From a virus: a stretch of DNA of 64,000 nt. The position numbers and the translations under genes were made by a program. Location: the IMG/VR virus record IMGVR_UViG_3300025108_000028, positions 14,865 through 78,864 of that record; one strand, given 5' to 3'. This document shows, one piece after another, positions 1 to 8,971 of the stretch (positions are counted from its first letter, which is position 1; each line of letters begins with the position of its first letter). The notes under the pieces were generated by a model that ran no database searches, was not told the DNA's origin, and saw only the letters and a program-made list of their open reading frames with translations.

Positions 1-68
1 CCTGTCCATCTTCTTCCGTTTTTACTAGAAGGTACATTTCCTGGTATAAACCATCTATTGTTCTTCAT
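1..68 (-). CDS. Holliday junction resolvase (RusA-like), 5' part only, truncated by window edge
   Basis: ATG at 68 reads MKNNRWFIPGNVPSSKNGRRWT; the FIPGNVPSSKN start resembles phage RusA-like resolvases; follows primase. Confidence 0.55.
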   Translation of the reverse strand, partial: MKNNRWFIPGNVPSSKNGRRWT

Positions 69-69
69 A

Positions 70-1047
70 TTATTTATTTAATGTTTCTTTTAATAAGGGC
101 TTAAGCATAGAGTGTACTTTATCAAAACCATGATTCTTCATAGCATCTGATATATCTTTAGACATAGTTGGTACACAACCGTGTATTTTATATGTTTCTA
201 AATATCTTTGTACAGCTTTTACGCCTGCATCATCATTATCAAATAGAGTTATAACTTTTTTATACTTCTGCTTCAGATTAAATATTATATGAGGTTTAAT
301 CATTGTATTTTCTGAATCAGGGCATATTACTTCTATATTATAACCCATACCTTTAAGACACATAGCATCTTTAAGTGAACTGCATATTACTAAATAAGGT
401 TGATTGTATTCTAGTTGATCAATACCTTGTATATAATTCTTAACTTTATGAAACTTATGCTTTTTACTATGAGGTTGATATATTTTATATACTTCACCGT
501 TTTTATCAAAGTAACCATAACAGCATTTGCTTCCAACTTGTAAGCTTTTATGCAAACCATTATCATCCTTGGCCATATTAAAATAATCAATTGGTTTTAC
601 ATTATATTTAGTTAACATAGTTTTACCTATTCTAAATGATAACCAATACTTTTGATCTTCAATGGTCCAATTTCTATACTTTATATAATCTATCTTCCAC
701 TTTGCTTGTGGTTTAAATGATTGATCTATTGATCCGCCTGATTGTATAAAGTTGTTGTAGTCTTGAATTATTCTCCTGGTTGCTTGTGGATAACCTAAGT
801 TAAATAGTAATCCAACTAAGTCAGCCTTGTTACCACCTTTACCTGTTGAGAAATCTTTAAATTTATATTGCATAATTGATTTATCAACATATATGCAGAA
901 ACTTGGTGTCTTCTCATTAGGATTAAATATAGATCTAATCTTAATATCTTGACCCGTAAGTTGCTCAGGTAAATCTAAATAATATTGAAATACCCAATAA
1001 CTTGGTATTTCTGATTCTTCTAATTTTAAATTTTTAGTGCTGAACAT
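70..1047 (-). CDS. DNA primase (DnaG-like, TOPRIM)
   Basis: N-terminal degenerate Zn-binding-like region (SIF..EKTPSF..FKDFSTG.GG); TOPRIM motifs SSLKDAM, LFDNDDAG, KDISD. Confidence 0.85.
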   Translation of the reverse strand: MFSTKNLKLEESEIPSYWVFQYYLDLPEQLTGQDIKIRSIFNPNEKTPSFCIYVDKSIMQYKFKDFSTGKGGNKADLVGLLFNLGYPQATRRIIQDYNNFIQSGGSIDQSFKPQAKWKIDYIKYRNWTIEDQKYWLSFRIGKTMLTKYNVKPIDYFNMAKDDNGLHKSLQVGSKCCYGYFDKNGEVYKIYQPHSKKHKFHKVKNYIQGIDQLEYNQPYLVICSSLKDAMCLKGMGYNIEVICPDSENTMIKPHIIFNLKQKYKKVITLFDNDDAGVKAVQRYLETYKIHGCVPTMSKDISDAMKNHGFDKVHSMLKPLLKETLNK

Positions 1048-1061
1048 AAACCAAAGATATT

Positions 1062-1095
1062 AAAAAGAAATGGGCCCAGCATAACACTGAGCCCA
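1062..1095 (-). terminator. Intrinsic terminator-like hairpin
   Basis: TGGGCCCAG/CTGAGCCCA inverted repeat with A-tract at 1062-1070 (U-tail on minus strand). Confidence 0.6.
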
Positions 1096-1110
1096 ATCTT
1101 TAGGTTTATA

Positions 1111-1785
1111 TTATAAATCAAAGTCACTACCTGTTGAAGATACAGGCTCAAAACTATTTGTTGGTGCTGACTCTTTCTTTACAAAGGGTCTAAAATGATT
1201 TGTATTATTTCTATCAAACGTTAGTAAGTTAGAAGACTCTGCATCAATTGCTTCCAATGGCATACCATCTCTACTTCTTTTAGGTAAGAATAGATCATTG
1301 TTAACATAACCTTCTTTGTTTTCCCACTCACGTGCACCTAAACAAGCATTGATGTAACCAGTTTCTGAACAAATCTTTGCAGCTTTAATCATAAAGTCTT
1401 CAATAGTATTTGCCTCAATAGCATCTAACTCAGTTCTTTTACCAACTACTTCAGATAAGAATACCATTGCTTTTAGAACTTCAGTATCACGACTAATCTC
1501 ATTTCCATTATTTAATGTAGCATCTTTAAATGGATATGGAGAAAATCTTACTCTACCAACTTGGCCTGCATAGCGCTCACCATTAGGATTATTCATATCT
1601 TTTAAGAATCCATTAAATTCTCCTGTAACTGGCTCTGATTCTACATGCAATGTGATATTGTATGCTTCAGAGTCATAAGGTGTCTGATCAAATGTAATTG
1701 AGTTAATTTTCACTTTGTGATTTCCTGTTCCAATAACTGGTTTTGTCCCACCATTACCGGCAGACATGTCTTTAGTACTTAACAT
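1111..1785 (-). CDS. Conserved replication protein, possible ssDNA-binding protein
   Basis: 224 aa, beta-rich, acidic-aromatic C-terminus (SDFDL), directly downstream of Sak4-like ATPase. Confidence 0.45.
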   Translation of the reverse strand: MLSTKDMSAGNGGTKPVIGTGNHKVKINSITFDQTPYDSEAYNITLHVESEPVTGEFNGFLKDMNNPNGERYAGQVGRVRFSPYPFKDATLNNGNEISRDTEVLKAMVFLSEVVGKRTELDAIEANTIEDFMIKAAKICSETGYINACLGAREWENKEGYVNNDLFLPKRSRDGMPLEAIDAESSNLLTFDRNNTNHFRPFVKKESAPTNSFEPVSSTGSDFDL

Positions 1786-1810
1786 AATTTACTTTTTTAT
1801 TAATTATTAA

Positions 1811-2494
1811 TTATTGATTATACTTTTCAATACAATCTTTTACAAACTGCAGGTCATTTGGGATAAACTTATCCTCAAACATACCCATTGGTGATTTACA
1901 TGTGTTCTCTCCTGAGTTTTGTGTTTCAAAACCATATTCAAGTTCACCATCATCATTTTTATTTACTTTACCAAATAATACTATAGAGAATAGTCCTTCT
2001 AATGTTAGAGTATTGTCAATCATTTTGCCAATAGTCTTAGCTTTAATTTTTCTATTCCCATTTATATCAGTTGAATCTTCTGAGTGAGTCAAAAAGATTA
2101 CTGTTAAATCTTCTCTTAGATCTTTAGGTAACTTAGCAACCATGGCTAAATTTGCTGCAATCTGAGTAAATTTATCATATCCTTTTTCATTTGCTCTATC
2201 AAAATATTCAAAAGAACTCATATATTGCCAATCATCTACAACTAGATTAGTTATATGTGGCATTTTATCATTAACATGTTGTATAGCTTTAACTATACCT
2301 GCAGAAGAAGACGCTGAGGTTAAATTTCCATCTTTATTTTCTTTACTGATTTGTGTATACTTGCTTTTCCATCCTTGAAATGGAAGTGGTTTGTTAGCAA
2401 TGTTTATAATGAAAGTCTCTTTAGGGTTTAATGTTCTGATTGAGGTAGACTTTCCTGTACCTGAATCTGCAATTACCAATACGCTGTTTGCCAT
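1811..2494 (-). CDS. AAA-family ATPase (Sak4/AAA_24-like ssDNA annealing protein)
   Basis: Walker A ADSGTGKST, Walker B LVVDD, C-terminal KSPMGMF..IPNDL. Confidence 0.8.
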   Translation of the reverse strand: MANSVLVIADSGTGKSTSIRTLNPKETFIINIANKPLPFQGWKSKYTQISKENKDGNLTSASSSAGIVKAIQHVNDKMPHITNLVVDDWQYMSSFEYFDRANEKGYDKFTQIAANLAMVAKLPKDLREDLTVIFLTHSEDSTDINGNRKIKAKTIGKMIDNTLTLEGLFSIVLFGKVNKNDDGELEYGFETQNSGENTCKSPMGMFEDKFIPNDLQFVKDCIEKYNQ

Positions 2495-2495
2495 A

Positions 2496-3050
2496 TTACT
2501 TGTTTTTGATTATAGTTATTAATTCTTTTAATGTATTATTTAATTCATCTAGTTTATTTACTACAGGAATTAGGTCGGGAGCAGTGGAGGAAGGGAGCAG
2601 TTCATCTGGATTTGGTAAATCTGGATTAGCAAAATCTATGATTGCTTTACCTCTACTTGTTACATCATTAATAACTTTAAGTTCATTGACAGGTATTATG
2701 TGTCTGATAAAACCAGCACTTGATTGTATTAATTCATACTCATCTCTCCAATGTGGATTATGCTTATGCAAATATAACGTTCTCTTTGGATCCTCTGTAT
2801 CATAATCTATAGATACAAACTCTGTGTATATATCTTCACCTTTCTCAAATTCACTGGGAAAGAAACTGATATGTAAATCATCTTTTCCAGATGGTCTATA
2901 CGCCATCTTAGGTATATATAGAGAATTAATTATTCCCATTGTTTGGAAGTAATCCTCATGTTCTTCTCTGAGGGCTGCTACCTTTTGCTTTCTTTCTTGA
3001 GGTGTTAGTCCCATTCTTTTTTTATTATTTAAGTTTTTAGTATTTATCAT
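2496..3050 (-). CDS. Hypothetical protein
   Basis: 184-aa ORF coupled to helicase by 4-nt overlap. Confidence 0.7.
   Translation of the reverse strand: MINTKNLNNKKRMGLTPQERKQKVAALREEHEDYFQTMGIINSLYIPKMAYRPSGKDDLHISFFPSEFEKGEDIYTEFVSIDYDTEDPKRTLYLHKHNPHWRDEYELIQSSAGFIRHIIPVNELKVINDVTSRGKAIIDFANPDLPNPDELLPSSTAPDLIPVVNKLDELNNTLKELITIIKNK
2571..2601 (-). promoter_or_regulatory. G-rich repeated motif, copy 1 (long form)
   Basis: TAGGTCGGGAGCAGTGGAGGAAGGGAGCAGT, about 80 nt upstream of the ATPase start; aligns to 14081-14113. Confidence 0.5.
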
Positions 3051-4003
3051 CTGCGTTCTTGTTGTCCTGGTGTTAACATTTCTTCTATTTGCATTTGTTC
3101 AAACTTTGCTTTAAAGAATGACATACGTGCATCACCATTTCTGGCTTTTAAAAAATGTAGCACCAATGTTCTATCATTTTCTATTATATATCTATCAGGC
3201 CCATAGTATCTGATCTTCTGCTTAGCTGGCCGGTTAATACCAATCAACATATCTGCATGTTGTAACATTGCATCTGAGCCAAATATATCTGACTCAAGTA
3301 TATAATTACCATACTTACCATCTATAGCTCTGTCTGGATTATCTATATTCCTATTTAGCTGTGATAAAGCTATAAATAAACATGGATAATCTCTTTTACA
3401 TTGTGTAAAGAACTCACCTAATTCAAATAACATATCTAAACTACTATTCTGATAGGGTGCTCTCTTTACAAGCATTGTATGATCTAATGTTATAATAGTA
3501 TTTACACCTTTATGTAAAGTCATATACTGATCAATTTGCTCACGCATTTGATTTACAGTCATAGGTGTACTAATTATATCAACCGGGTGCTTTACTCTTT
3601 CTTTTGCATACTGATGACATTTGTTTAATTCATTAGTACCTAATACAGATCCTGCACTACATAATTCTTTATATGTCTTGCCGGTTATAGAACTGAATTC
3701 TCTAATAGCTGATGTTCTACCAACCATCTCAAATTGAAATTCTAATACTCTAAATTTATCATTTGGATTTAATGCAAAAGACTCTCTTATAATTTGATCT
3801 TTAATTAATGTTTTACCTGAACCAGGTCTACCACCAATTACTGTCAATGTATTCCACTCTAATCCATCTGTAGCAGCATCATTAAACTTAGGCCAAGGTG
3901 TATATATAGATTTCTCTTCCCCTGTAGATCTCCTGTACATGTACTTAAGAGCTTCATTAAAGGCTGCATATTGCCCAACCCATGCTTCTGATGTTTTTTT
4001 CAT
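3047..4003 (-). CDS. Replicative DnaB-like (SF4) helicase
   Basis: Walker A GGRPGSGKT, FQFEM, LDH, ALSQLNR, KARNG motifs. Confidence 0.9.
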   Translation of the reverse strand: MKKTSEAWVGQYAAFNEALKYMYRRSTGEEKSIYTPWPKFNDAATDGLEWNTLTVIGGRPGSGKTLIKDQIIRESFALNPNDKFRVLEFQFEMVGRTSAIREFSSITGKTYKELCSAGSVLGTNELNKCHQYAKERVKHPVDIISTPMTVNQMREQIDQYMTLHKGVNTIITLDHTMLVKRAPYQNSSLDMLFELGEFFTQCKRDYPCLFIALSQLNRNIDNPDRAIDGKYGNYILESDIFGSDAMLQHADMLIGINRPAKQKIRYYGPDRYIIENDRTLVLHFLKARNGDARMSFFKAKFEQMQIEEMLTPGQQERR

Positions 4004-4590
4004 ACTACGTTTTCTTTAAAGTGTTCATCTTCTGTGCTTACTCCGTCAACTATCATATCACAATAATCAGCTAATCTAGAATGTTTAACTCTATGCTTAT
4101 CTTGTTTAGATATAAAGTATTGACTTGTCTGCATATACAAGTAGTCTGCATCTCTATACTCATTCACATACATTCTGGTTGCTTTTATTATATCATCCCA
4201 TGTATGATCATAAGTTTCAAAGAACCATCTAAAATTTTCTCCTAATGCTTTAACATTATTTCTTGCTGGATTACCGCTTGGTAGTTTCTTAGCAGGAAAT
4301 ATTTCTCTATAAGTATGGATCTTATCATTAAAGTCCTTACCCATGAGTTGTATATCAGTTTTCTTTTTAGCTTTAATAAAATAGTTATCTAGCTTTGCAC
4401 AAAATGCTTTTGCATCTGGTGTCATTTTATAAAGACCATCCTCTAGAGTGAGCATGTTCATTTTTAATAAATATTCTTTGTCTTCAGATAATGAATTAGG
4501 TAATGATACGCCTTGCTTCATTCCAAATAGGATCAACGCTTGGTTTGGTGTTATCTTTACTTTCATTATCTTCTGAAATAGTTCCCACAT
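4000..4590 (-). CDS. Hypothetical protein (possible initiator/helicase loader)
   Basis: 196 aa, immediately upstream of and coupled to DnaB. Confidence 0.6.
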   Translation of the reverse strand: MWELFQKIMKVKITPNQALILFGMKQGVSLPNSLSEDKEYLLKMNMLTLEDGLYKMTPDAKAFCAKLDNYFIKAKKKTDIQLMGKDFNDKIHTYREIFPAKKLPSGNPARNNVKALGENFRWFFETYDHTWDDIIKATRMYVNEYRDADYLYMQTSQYFISKQDKHRVKHSRLADYCDMIVDGVSTEDEHFKENVV

Positions 4591-5005
4591 ATTTTTCTAA
4601 GTGTTTTAAAGTGTTATCATGAGCATCCATAACTTTTTTATCATTTGTAAAAAATCCATTTTCAATCATTGTACATGAATTGATGATGGTTGCATGGTTG
4701 CGTTTTAAAAATCTACCTATACTACTTTTAGTATGTCCTTCCTTGTGTGCCAAGTAAGACATTACCTGTACATATACAAGGTAATCTCTGAATCTAGTCC
4801 TATGCTGTAGATTTTTAACTCTACTAAATTTTGGTTCATTCTCATGTAGAGCTGCTAATGCACTGTCATGAAATATACCTAAAGGAATCCTTTTGTTTTT
4901 TTCTTGGGGGGTGTAAATATACAATTTTACTCCATAAGATGTATAAAAAGATTTTTTAAATTCAGCAATATCTTGCTTCTGGTTAAGTTCCTGGTTATTA
5001 GCCAT
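4496..5005 (-). CDS. DnaA C-terminal (domain IV)-like HTH protein
   Basis: SSIGRFLKRNHATIINS resembles the DnaA signature IG..F..RDHTTV; no AAA+ domain. Confidence 0.65.
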   Translation of the reverse strand: MANNQELNQKQDIAEFKKSFYTSYGVKLYIYTPQEKNKRIPLGIFHDSALAALHENEPKFSRVKNLQHRTRFRDYLVYVQVMSYLAHKEGHTKSSIGRFLKRNHATIINSCTMIENGFFTNDKKVMDAHDNTLKHLEKYVGTISEDNESKDNTKPSVDPIWNEARRIIT

Positions 5006-5027
5006 TTATATTAAAATTTAAGGTTAT

Positions 5028-5035
5028 CAAAGATA
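5028..5035 (-). promoter_or_regulatory. Bacteroidota -7 promoter element TATCTTTG
   Basis: Matches TAnnTTTG, about 22 nt upstream of ATG 5005; same octamer at 1052-1059(-), 5750-5757(+), 10874-10881(-), 43977-43984(+). Confidence 0.6.
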
Positions 5036-5042
5036 GTAAAAT

Positions 5043-5732
5043 TTACCATTCTATACAAGGTATATCTTGCTTTTCTAACTCTTGGTTTACTTTATTAAAG
5101 ACATCATTACAATCCCATTCACCACCTCTGTATGCTGCTGAAGCTGGATGTGTAACTTTATAAATTTTTTGATTATTAAGCATTGTTTCCCATGCTTCTG
5201 CTTTCTTACCCATAAGTATTACAGGTATGTTTTTCTTATGTCTATTTATATTTTCAAATATATATCTTGAAAATGGTTTCCATAAATCATAATGTGAGCC
5301 AATAGAGTTTACTTCACATGTAAATGCTGTATTAATAAGTAATACGCCTTGGTTAGCCCAACATCTTAAATCAGTGTGATCTGTACCAATTGCTTTGTTT
5401 ATATATTGTAAAGACTTTTCTGCTTTACCTTTTCTGCTACAGCTAAAAGCTATACCATCCGCAACACCTAGCTGTGGATAAGGATCTTGACCTACTATTA
5501 TACATTTAAGATCACTATAATTACATTCTTTAAAACCATTAAAGATGTCTTTAAATCTAGGTGTAAATCTTCTTTCTGCATTTACTAAGCTTACTAGTCT
5601 TTCAACTATAAGATCAAAGTCAAGACCATTTATAAAAGGAGTAAGCATAGGTGCCCATCCTGAGTCTTGTAGTTTATCATTTGCTGAATCTCTTAATTCA
5701 TTTATGTCAATGTTAATTGGTATTTGTTTCAT
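5043..5732 (-). CDS. ung: Uracil-DNA glycosylase, family 1
   Basis: GQDPY, GIAFS, W..QGVLLIN and HPAS motifs. Confidence 0.93.
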   Translation of the reverse strand: MKQIPINIDINELRDSANDKLQDSGWAPMLTPFINGLDFDLIVERLVSLVNAERRFTPRFKDIFNGFKECNYSDLKCIIVGQDPYPQLGVADGIAFSCSRKGKAEKSLQYINKAIGTDHTDLRCWANQGVLLINTAFTCEVNSIGSHYDLWKPFSRYIFENINRHKKNIPVILMGKKAEAWETMLNNQKIYKVTHPASAAYRGGEWDCNDVFNKVNQELEKQDIPCIEW

Positions 5733-5749
5733 AATTAGTTAATTATTTG

Positions 5750-5757
5750 TATCTTTG
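5750..5757 (+). promoter_or_regulatory. Bacteroidota -7 promoter element TATCTTTG
   Basis: 17 nt upstream of ATG 5775 of the lone plus-strand gene. Confidence 0.6.
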
Positions 5758-5774
5758 ATTAAAATCTATTTATT

Positions 5775-6191
5775 ATGTCTGAGAAAAAAACTATTATAAG
5801 CTACGATGTTACTAAAAACATGGACTGTCAAATAAATCCAGCATTTATTAGCGGCTTACAGCAAATATACTATAGATATATTACTGAGTTTTATGATGAT
5901 GTAGGAAATTTTGGTGAACTTATAAAAGACTTTAACCTATTGGTTACTAATCCTAAAGAAGCTAAAGCTAAGAATAGAATTTTTACACCTGTTGAGAGTG
6001 ATATTTATACACTATATTCCCTTATAACATTACTTAAAGGATTTGCTGTTGAACAAGGTTTAGAAAGAACTGAAGAAACTGCTGTAGATAAAGAAGCATT
6101 TAAAAATGCTGCTGATAAAGCTATGAAAGATAGTAGCAATCCTATAGAGATACTAAATAATCTTACTAAAAACTTAGGAGAGCTATCTTAA
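5775..6191 (+). CDS. Hypothetical protein, counter-oriented
   Basis: 138-aa ORF fills the gap between minus-strand genes, has its own promoter and an AT-rich leader. Confidence 0.7.
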   Translation: MSEKKTIISYDVTKNMDCQINPAFISGLQQIYYRYITEFYDDVGNFGELIKDFNLLVTNPKEAKAKNRIFTPVESDIYTLYSLITLLKGFAVEQGLERTEETAVDKEAFKNAADKAMKDSSNPIEILNNLTKNLGELS

Positions 6192-6566
6192 TTGCATTCC
6201 ATTAAAGTCACCTATCTCTATACATGACTGTATTGCTAAGTTCAACTCATCTTTATCACAGTCTGCAAAAGATTTACAATACTCTTGTTTGTCTCTTACA
6301 AAACATAGCCCTGCGGATCTTTTCACTTGTATTTTGGCTTCTTCAAAGGTGTAACCAATTTCTTGTGCTATTTCTCTAATCATTGCATGTACACGTGCTA
6401 ATTGTGGGTTACTACCCTTATCACCACTCACACCTACAAATATTTCTAATTTAGATCCTTCTTCAAGCTGCTCAAAGAACTTTCTATACTTAGTACCCAT
6501 TGCTTTAATAGGGAAATGTAGTTGACCGTCTTTAACTGATGCTTTTATGTATAAATTATCTTTCAT
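6183..6566 (-). CDS. NinB/YbcN-like recombination protein
   Basis: S..Q....HAMIREIA..IG...EE.K and KSFA.CDK.E...I pattern. Confidence 0.5.
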   Translation of the reverse strand: MKDNLYIKASVKDGQLHFPIKAMGTKYRKFFEQLEEGSKLEIFVGVSGDKGSNPQLARVHAMIREIAQEIGYTFEEAKIQVKRSAGLCFVRDKQEYCKSFADCDKDELNLAIQSCIEIGDFNGMQLR

Positions 6567-6712
6567 AAAGATATTATATTGTATAAACCAGTAACTGCTA
6601 CGCTAGATAAAAATATTACTATCATCCAAAAGCAACCTTTATAAACTTTTTCCATTTGTTCAGGAGATCTTCCTTGATTGCTCCTGTACTGTCTAAATTT
6701 TTTTTGTTTCAT
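6563..6712 (-). CDS. Small membrane protein (49 aa, not in ORF track)
   Basis: MKQKKFRQYRSNQGRSPEQMEKVYKGCFWMIVIFLSSVAVTGLYNIISL; ATGA overlap with next gene. Confidence 0.65.
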   Translation of the reverse strand: MKQKKFRQYRSNQGRSPEQMEKVYKGCFWMIVIFLSSVAVTGLYNIISL

Positions 6713-6839
6713 TTTGTTTAATTTTTTTTAATGTTTCTAATAAAAGTATAGCAACATCCAGGTTCCTTTGTGAGGTCCCCGGATTTACTTCTACTTTATC
6801 TAATAAAGTTATAATATCCTCTACTAAATTAGCTTTCAT
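6693..6839 (-). CDS. Small hypothetical protein (48 aa, not in ORF track)
   Basis: MKANLVEDIITLLDKVEVNPG...; fills gap and overlaps both neighbours. Confidence 0.5.
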   Translation of the reverse strand: MKANLVEDIITLLDKVEVNPGTSQRNLDVAILLLETLKKIKQNETKKI

Positions 6840-7074
6840 GATATTCTAATACTTTTTCTTCTATATCTTCTTCTAATAAATGTTGTACATCTACGGTAAC
6901 TTGATTACCGTTAGTATCCGTGTTAGTATACCAAACATGCTTTATATCTGCCGTTGGCCCATAACCCGGTGTCCCTGGATCTCCATTAGAATCATACCAT
7001 TGGTCTGGTTCTCCTGGATCATAAGTATATTCTACTTCTACTGTTTCTCCTGTGTTAGTTATAAATTCCATCAC
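6829..7074 (-). CDS. Hypothetical acidic protein
   Basis: 81-aa ORF in operon, 4-nt overlap with upstream gene. Confidence 0.65.
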   Translation of the reverse strand: MMEFITNTGETVEVEYTYDPGEPDQWYDSNGDPGTPGYGPTADIKHVWYTNTDTNGNQVTVDVQHLLEEDIEEKVLEYHES

Positions 7075-7310
7075 AAAAATCTTAGTGCTCCTCCGTCAAC
7101 ATAAACAAACTCTTGTGCACACTCAGTACACTTGGCGTTTGATTCATTGCGTAACAAAGTTGGCATATTACAGTTAGGACAAGGAGTTTCTCCTTCTTCT
7201 ATATATTCTTCAATTGCTTTTCTTGCGTAGCTATGTATCATTGCATCATGTGCACCACGATACTCTAGCTCTTCTTGTTGCTCAATAAAGAGCTCTTTCA
7301 TTCTTCCCAT
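7071..7310 (-). CDS. Zn-ribbon protein
   Basis: CPNC...CTEC. Confidence 0.65.
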   Translation of the reverse strand: MGRMKELFIEQQEELEYRGAHDAMIHSYARKAIEEYIEEGETPCPNCNMPTLLRNESNAKCTECAQEFVYVDGGALRFL

Positions 7311-7312
7311 AA

Positions 7313-8434
7313 TTAATTTTTTAGTGGATTATAACGTTTTATTTTACTTGAGTCAAATGAACTAAGAGCTGACTCTACCCATTTCTCATCTTGTGTTCCT
7401 TTATAGCATAGTATATGGCATACAGCTGTCTCAGTTGGGTTAAGTCTTAATAACCTACCAATCCTTTGTGCTGTTTTCTTTTCATTACCATATGCATGCA
7501 TAATAATACCTTGTTTTAGCTGAGGTATTGTAACACCTTCTGATAACTGTAACACACAGGATAACTTATTTATACGTCCATCTGAAAAGTATTCTAAGTT
7601 ATCTGCTGATTTATTATTTCCTGAATGATAGCTGTACTTACAAACACGGTCTGCTTGATCTTGTGTGTTTGCAAATATTATACATTTATCATCTATATTA
7701 TTAACCATAGACTTAACATATGCTTCTTTAGTAGTATATTCCATAAGTGCACGCATTCTCATAATATAAGCCCATTGCTGTTGCTTAGGAGTTTGTGCTT
7801 CTGCTACTCTACGAGTAACATAAGTATAGTCTTTAATTTCACTTGTGTACCAGTGTCCACCATTTTTGTTTTTCTTCTTAAGTGATGGTACACCTGATAA
7901 TTGTAAATCATGTATAACTATTCTATAATCATTTAATATGTTTGAGTCAGTAGCATCATCAACTTTAAATGTATATTTTATAGGACAGTATTTTTGTACA
8001 AGCTTTCCCTTCTCTGATTGTTTATCTCTTGGCGGTGTGCCTGTCAAACCTAATATCTTACCTGTATAAGGGCCTAAAAACAATTCATGAGAGTGTTTTA
8101 ATGAATGACACTCATCTAAATACACTATGTCATAATTATTAGGATCTTTCTTTTTAAGAGATATATAAGTTGTAAAAGTAATATGCTGAAGTAGGGACTC
8201 TAATCCCATTTTGCCTAGTTCATCAATCCAAGACTGAGTAACTGAATGCTTTGGTACTACTACCAAGACTTGTATAAATTGATTAAAGTTCATCTGCAGG
8301 TGCTGTATAGCAATTCTTGTTTTGCCTACACCCATAGATATACCTAAACCACATCTTTTATGTTGTGCTGCAATTGCTAGTGCGTCACTCTGTACTACAT
8401 CTCTGGAAAGATTAGCTGAAGGATTGTATGCCAT
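7313..8434 (-). CDS. Superfamily 2 (DEAD/ResIII-like) helicase
   Basis: MGVGKT, DECH, LTGT, QRIGRLLR; likely start at ATG 8434 rather than TTG 8467. Confidence 0.88.
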   Translation of the reverse strand: MAYNPSANLSRDVVQSDALAIAAQHKRCGLGISMGVGKTRIAIQHLQMNFNQFIQVLVVVPKHSVTQSWIDELGKMGLESLLQHITFTTYISLKKKDPNNYDIVYLDECHSLKHSHELFLGPYTGKILGLTGTPPRDKQSEKGKLVQKYCPIKYTFKVDDATDSNILNDYRIVIHDLQLSGVPSLKKKNKNGGHWYTSEIKDYTYVTRRVAEAQTPKQQQWAYIMRMRALMEYTTKEAYVKSMVNNIDDKCIIFANTQDQADRVCKYSYHSGNNKSADNLEYFSDGRINKLSCVLQLSEGVTIPQLKQGIIMHAYGNEKKTAQRIGRLLRLNPTETAVCHILCYKGTQDEKWVESALSSFDSSKIKRYNPLKN

Positions 8435-8508
8435 AATATTATTGTTATTGTTAAGATTATTGTCCAAACTAATGTTTTTATTAGTCTATCTTTTTGATAT
8501 TGTTTCAT
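8395..8508 (-). CDS. Small single-TM protein (37 aa, not in ORF track)
   Basis: MKQYQKDRLIKTLVWTIILTITIILWHTILQLIFPEM; ATGA overlap with upstream gene. Confidence 0.5.
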   Translation of the reverse strand: MKQYQKDRLIKTLVWTIILTITIILWHTILQLIFPEM

Positions 8509-8809
8509 TTCTCTTTGGTGTTAAAGGTTTTGTAGAAATCTTCAAATGTTCCGTCTCCGTCACATTCATACATACCATCTTGCCAAGCAGACTCCATCAC
8601 CTCTTTCTCTTTCTCAAGCATTGCTTCGGCTGCCTCAATACACGGAGCAACCTCGTAAGAGTCTCCGTACTTGGCTATTTCCCACATTTGGTCAATCAAC
8701 TCCTGCATTGGTGTTTTCATTTCTCTTTTGTTTTAAAGGTTTCGTAAGGTTTTACTCTTACTTTATATAGTCTATTGTAAGGTTATACTCTTACTTTGGT
8801 TTTAAAGGT
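8503..8809. repeat. Junction direct repeats
   Basis: 8503-8530 vs 8715-8742 (26/28 identical); partial third copy 8794-8809; separate 21-nt repeat 8744-8764 vs 8777-8797 (20/21). Confidence 0.8.
8505..8720 (-). CDS. Hypothetical protein flanked by direct repeats
   Basis: 71 aa, visibly more G+C than neighbours, ends TFNTKEK. Confidence 0.7.
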   Translation of the reverse strand: MKTPMQELIDQMWEIAKYGDSYEVAPCIEAAEAMLEKEKEVMESAWQDGMYECDGDGTFEDFYKTFNTKEK

Positions 8810-8882
8810 GGACCCTACAGGACTTGAACCTGTGACCTATCCGTTATGAGCGGAGTGCTCTGACCAACTGAGCTAAGAGTCC
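8809..8882 (-). tRNA. tRNA-CAT, probably Ile2 (lysidine type); Met not excluded
   Basis: Cloverleaf GGACTCT...CTCATAA...GGTTCAAGTCC...AGGGTCCA; acceptor stem resembles Ile2; followed by CCT, not CCA. Confidence 0.85.
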
Positions 8883-8971
8883 TGGTAGCCGGAGTGGGAC
8901 TTGAACCCACACGAACTATCCAGTTCAACAGATTTTAAGTCTGTCATGTCTACCAATTCCATCATCCGGCC
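8883..8971 (-). tRNA. tRNA-Leu(TAA)
   Basis: Anticodon arm ACAGA-CTTAAAA-TCTGT, long variable arm, encoded CCA. Confidence 0.92.

Noticed and set aside
8744-8797. 21-nt direct repeat as a mini-CRISPR array
   Set aside because: Only two copies with a 12-nt spacer and no cas genes; better explained as a coding relic
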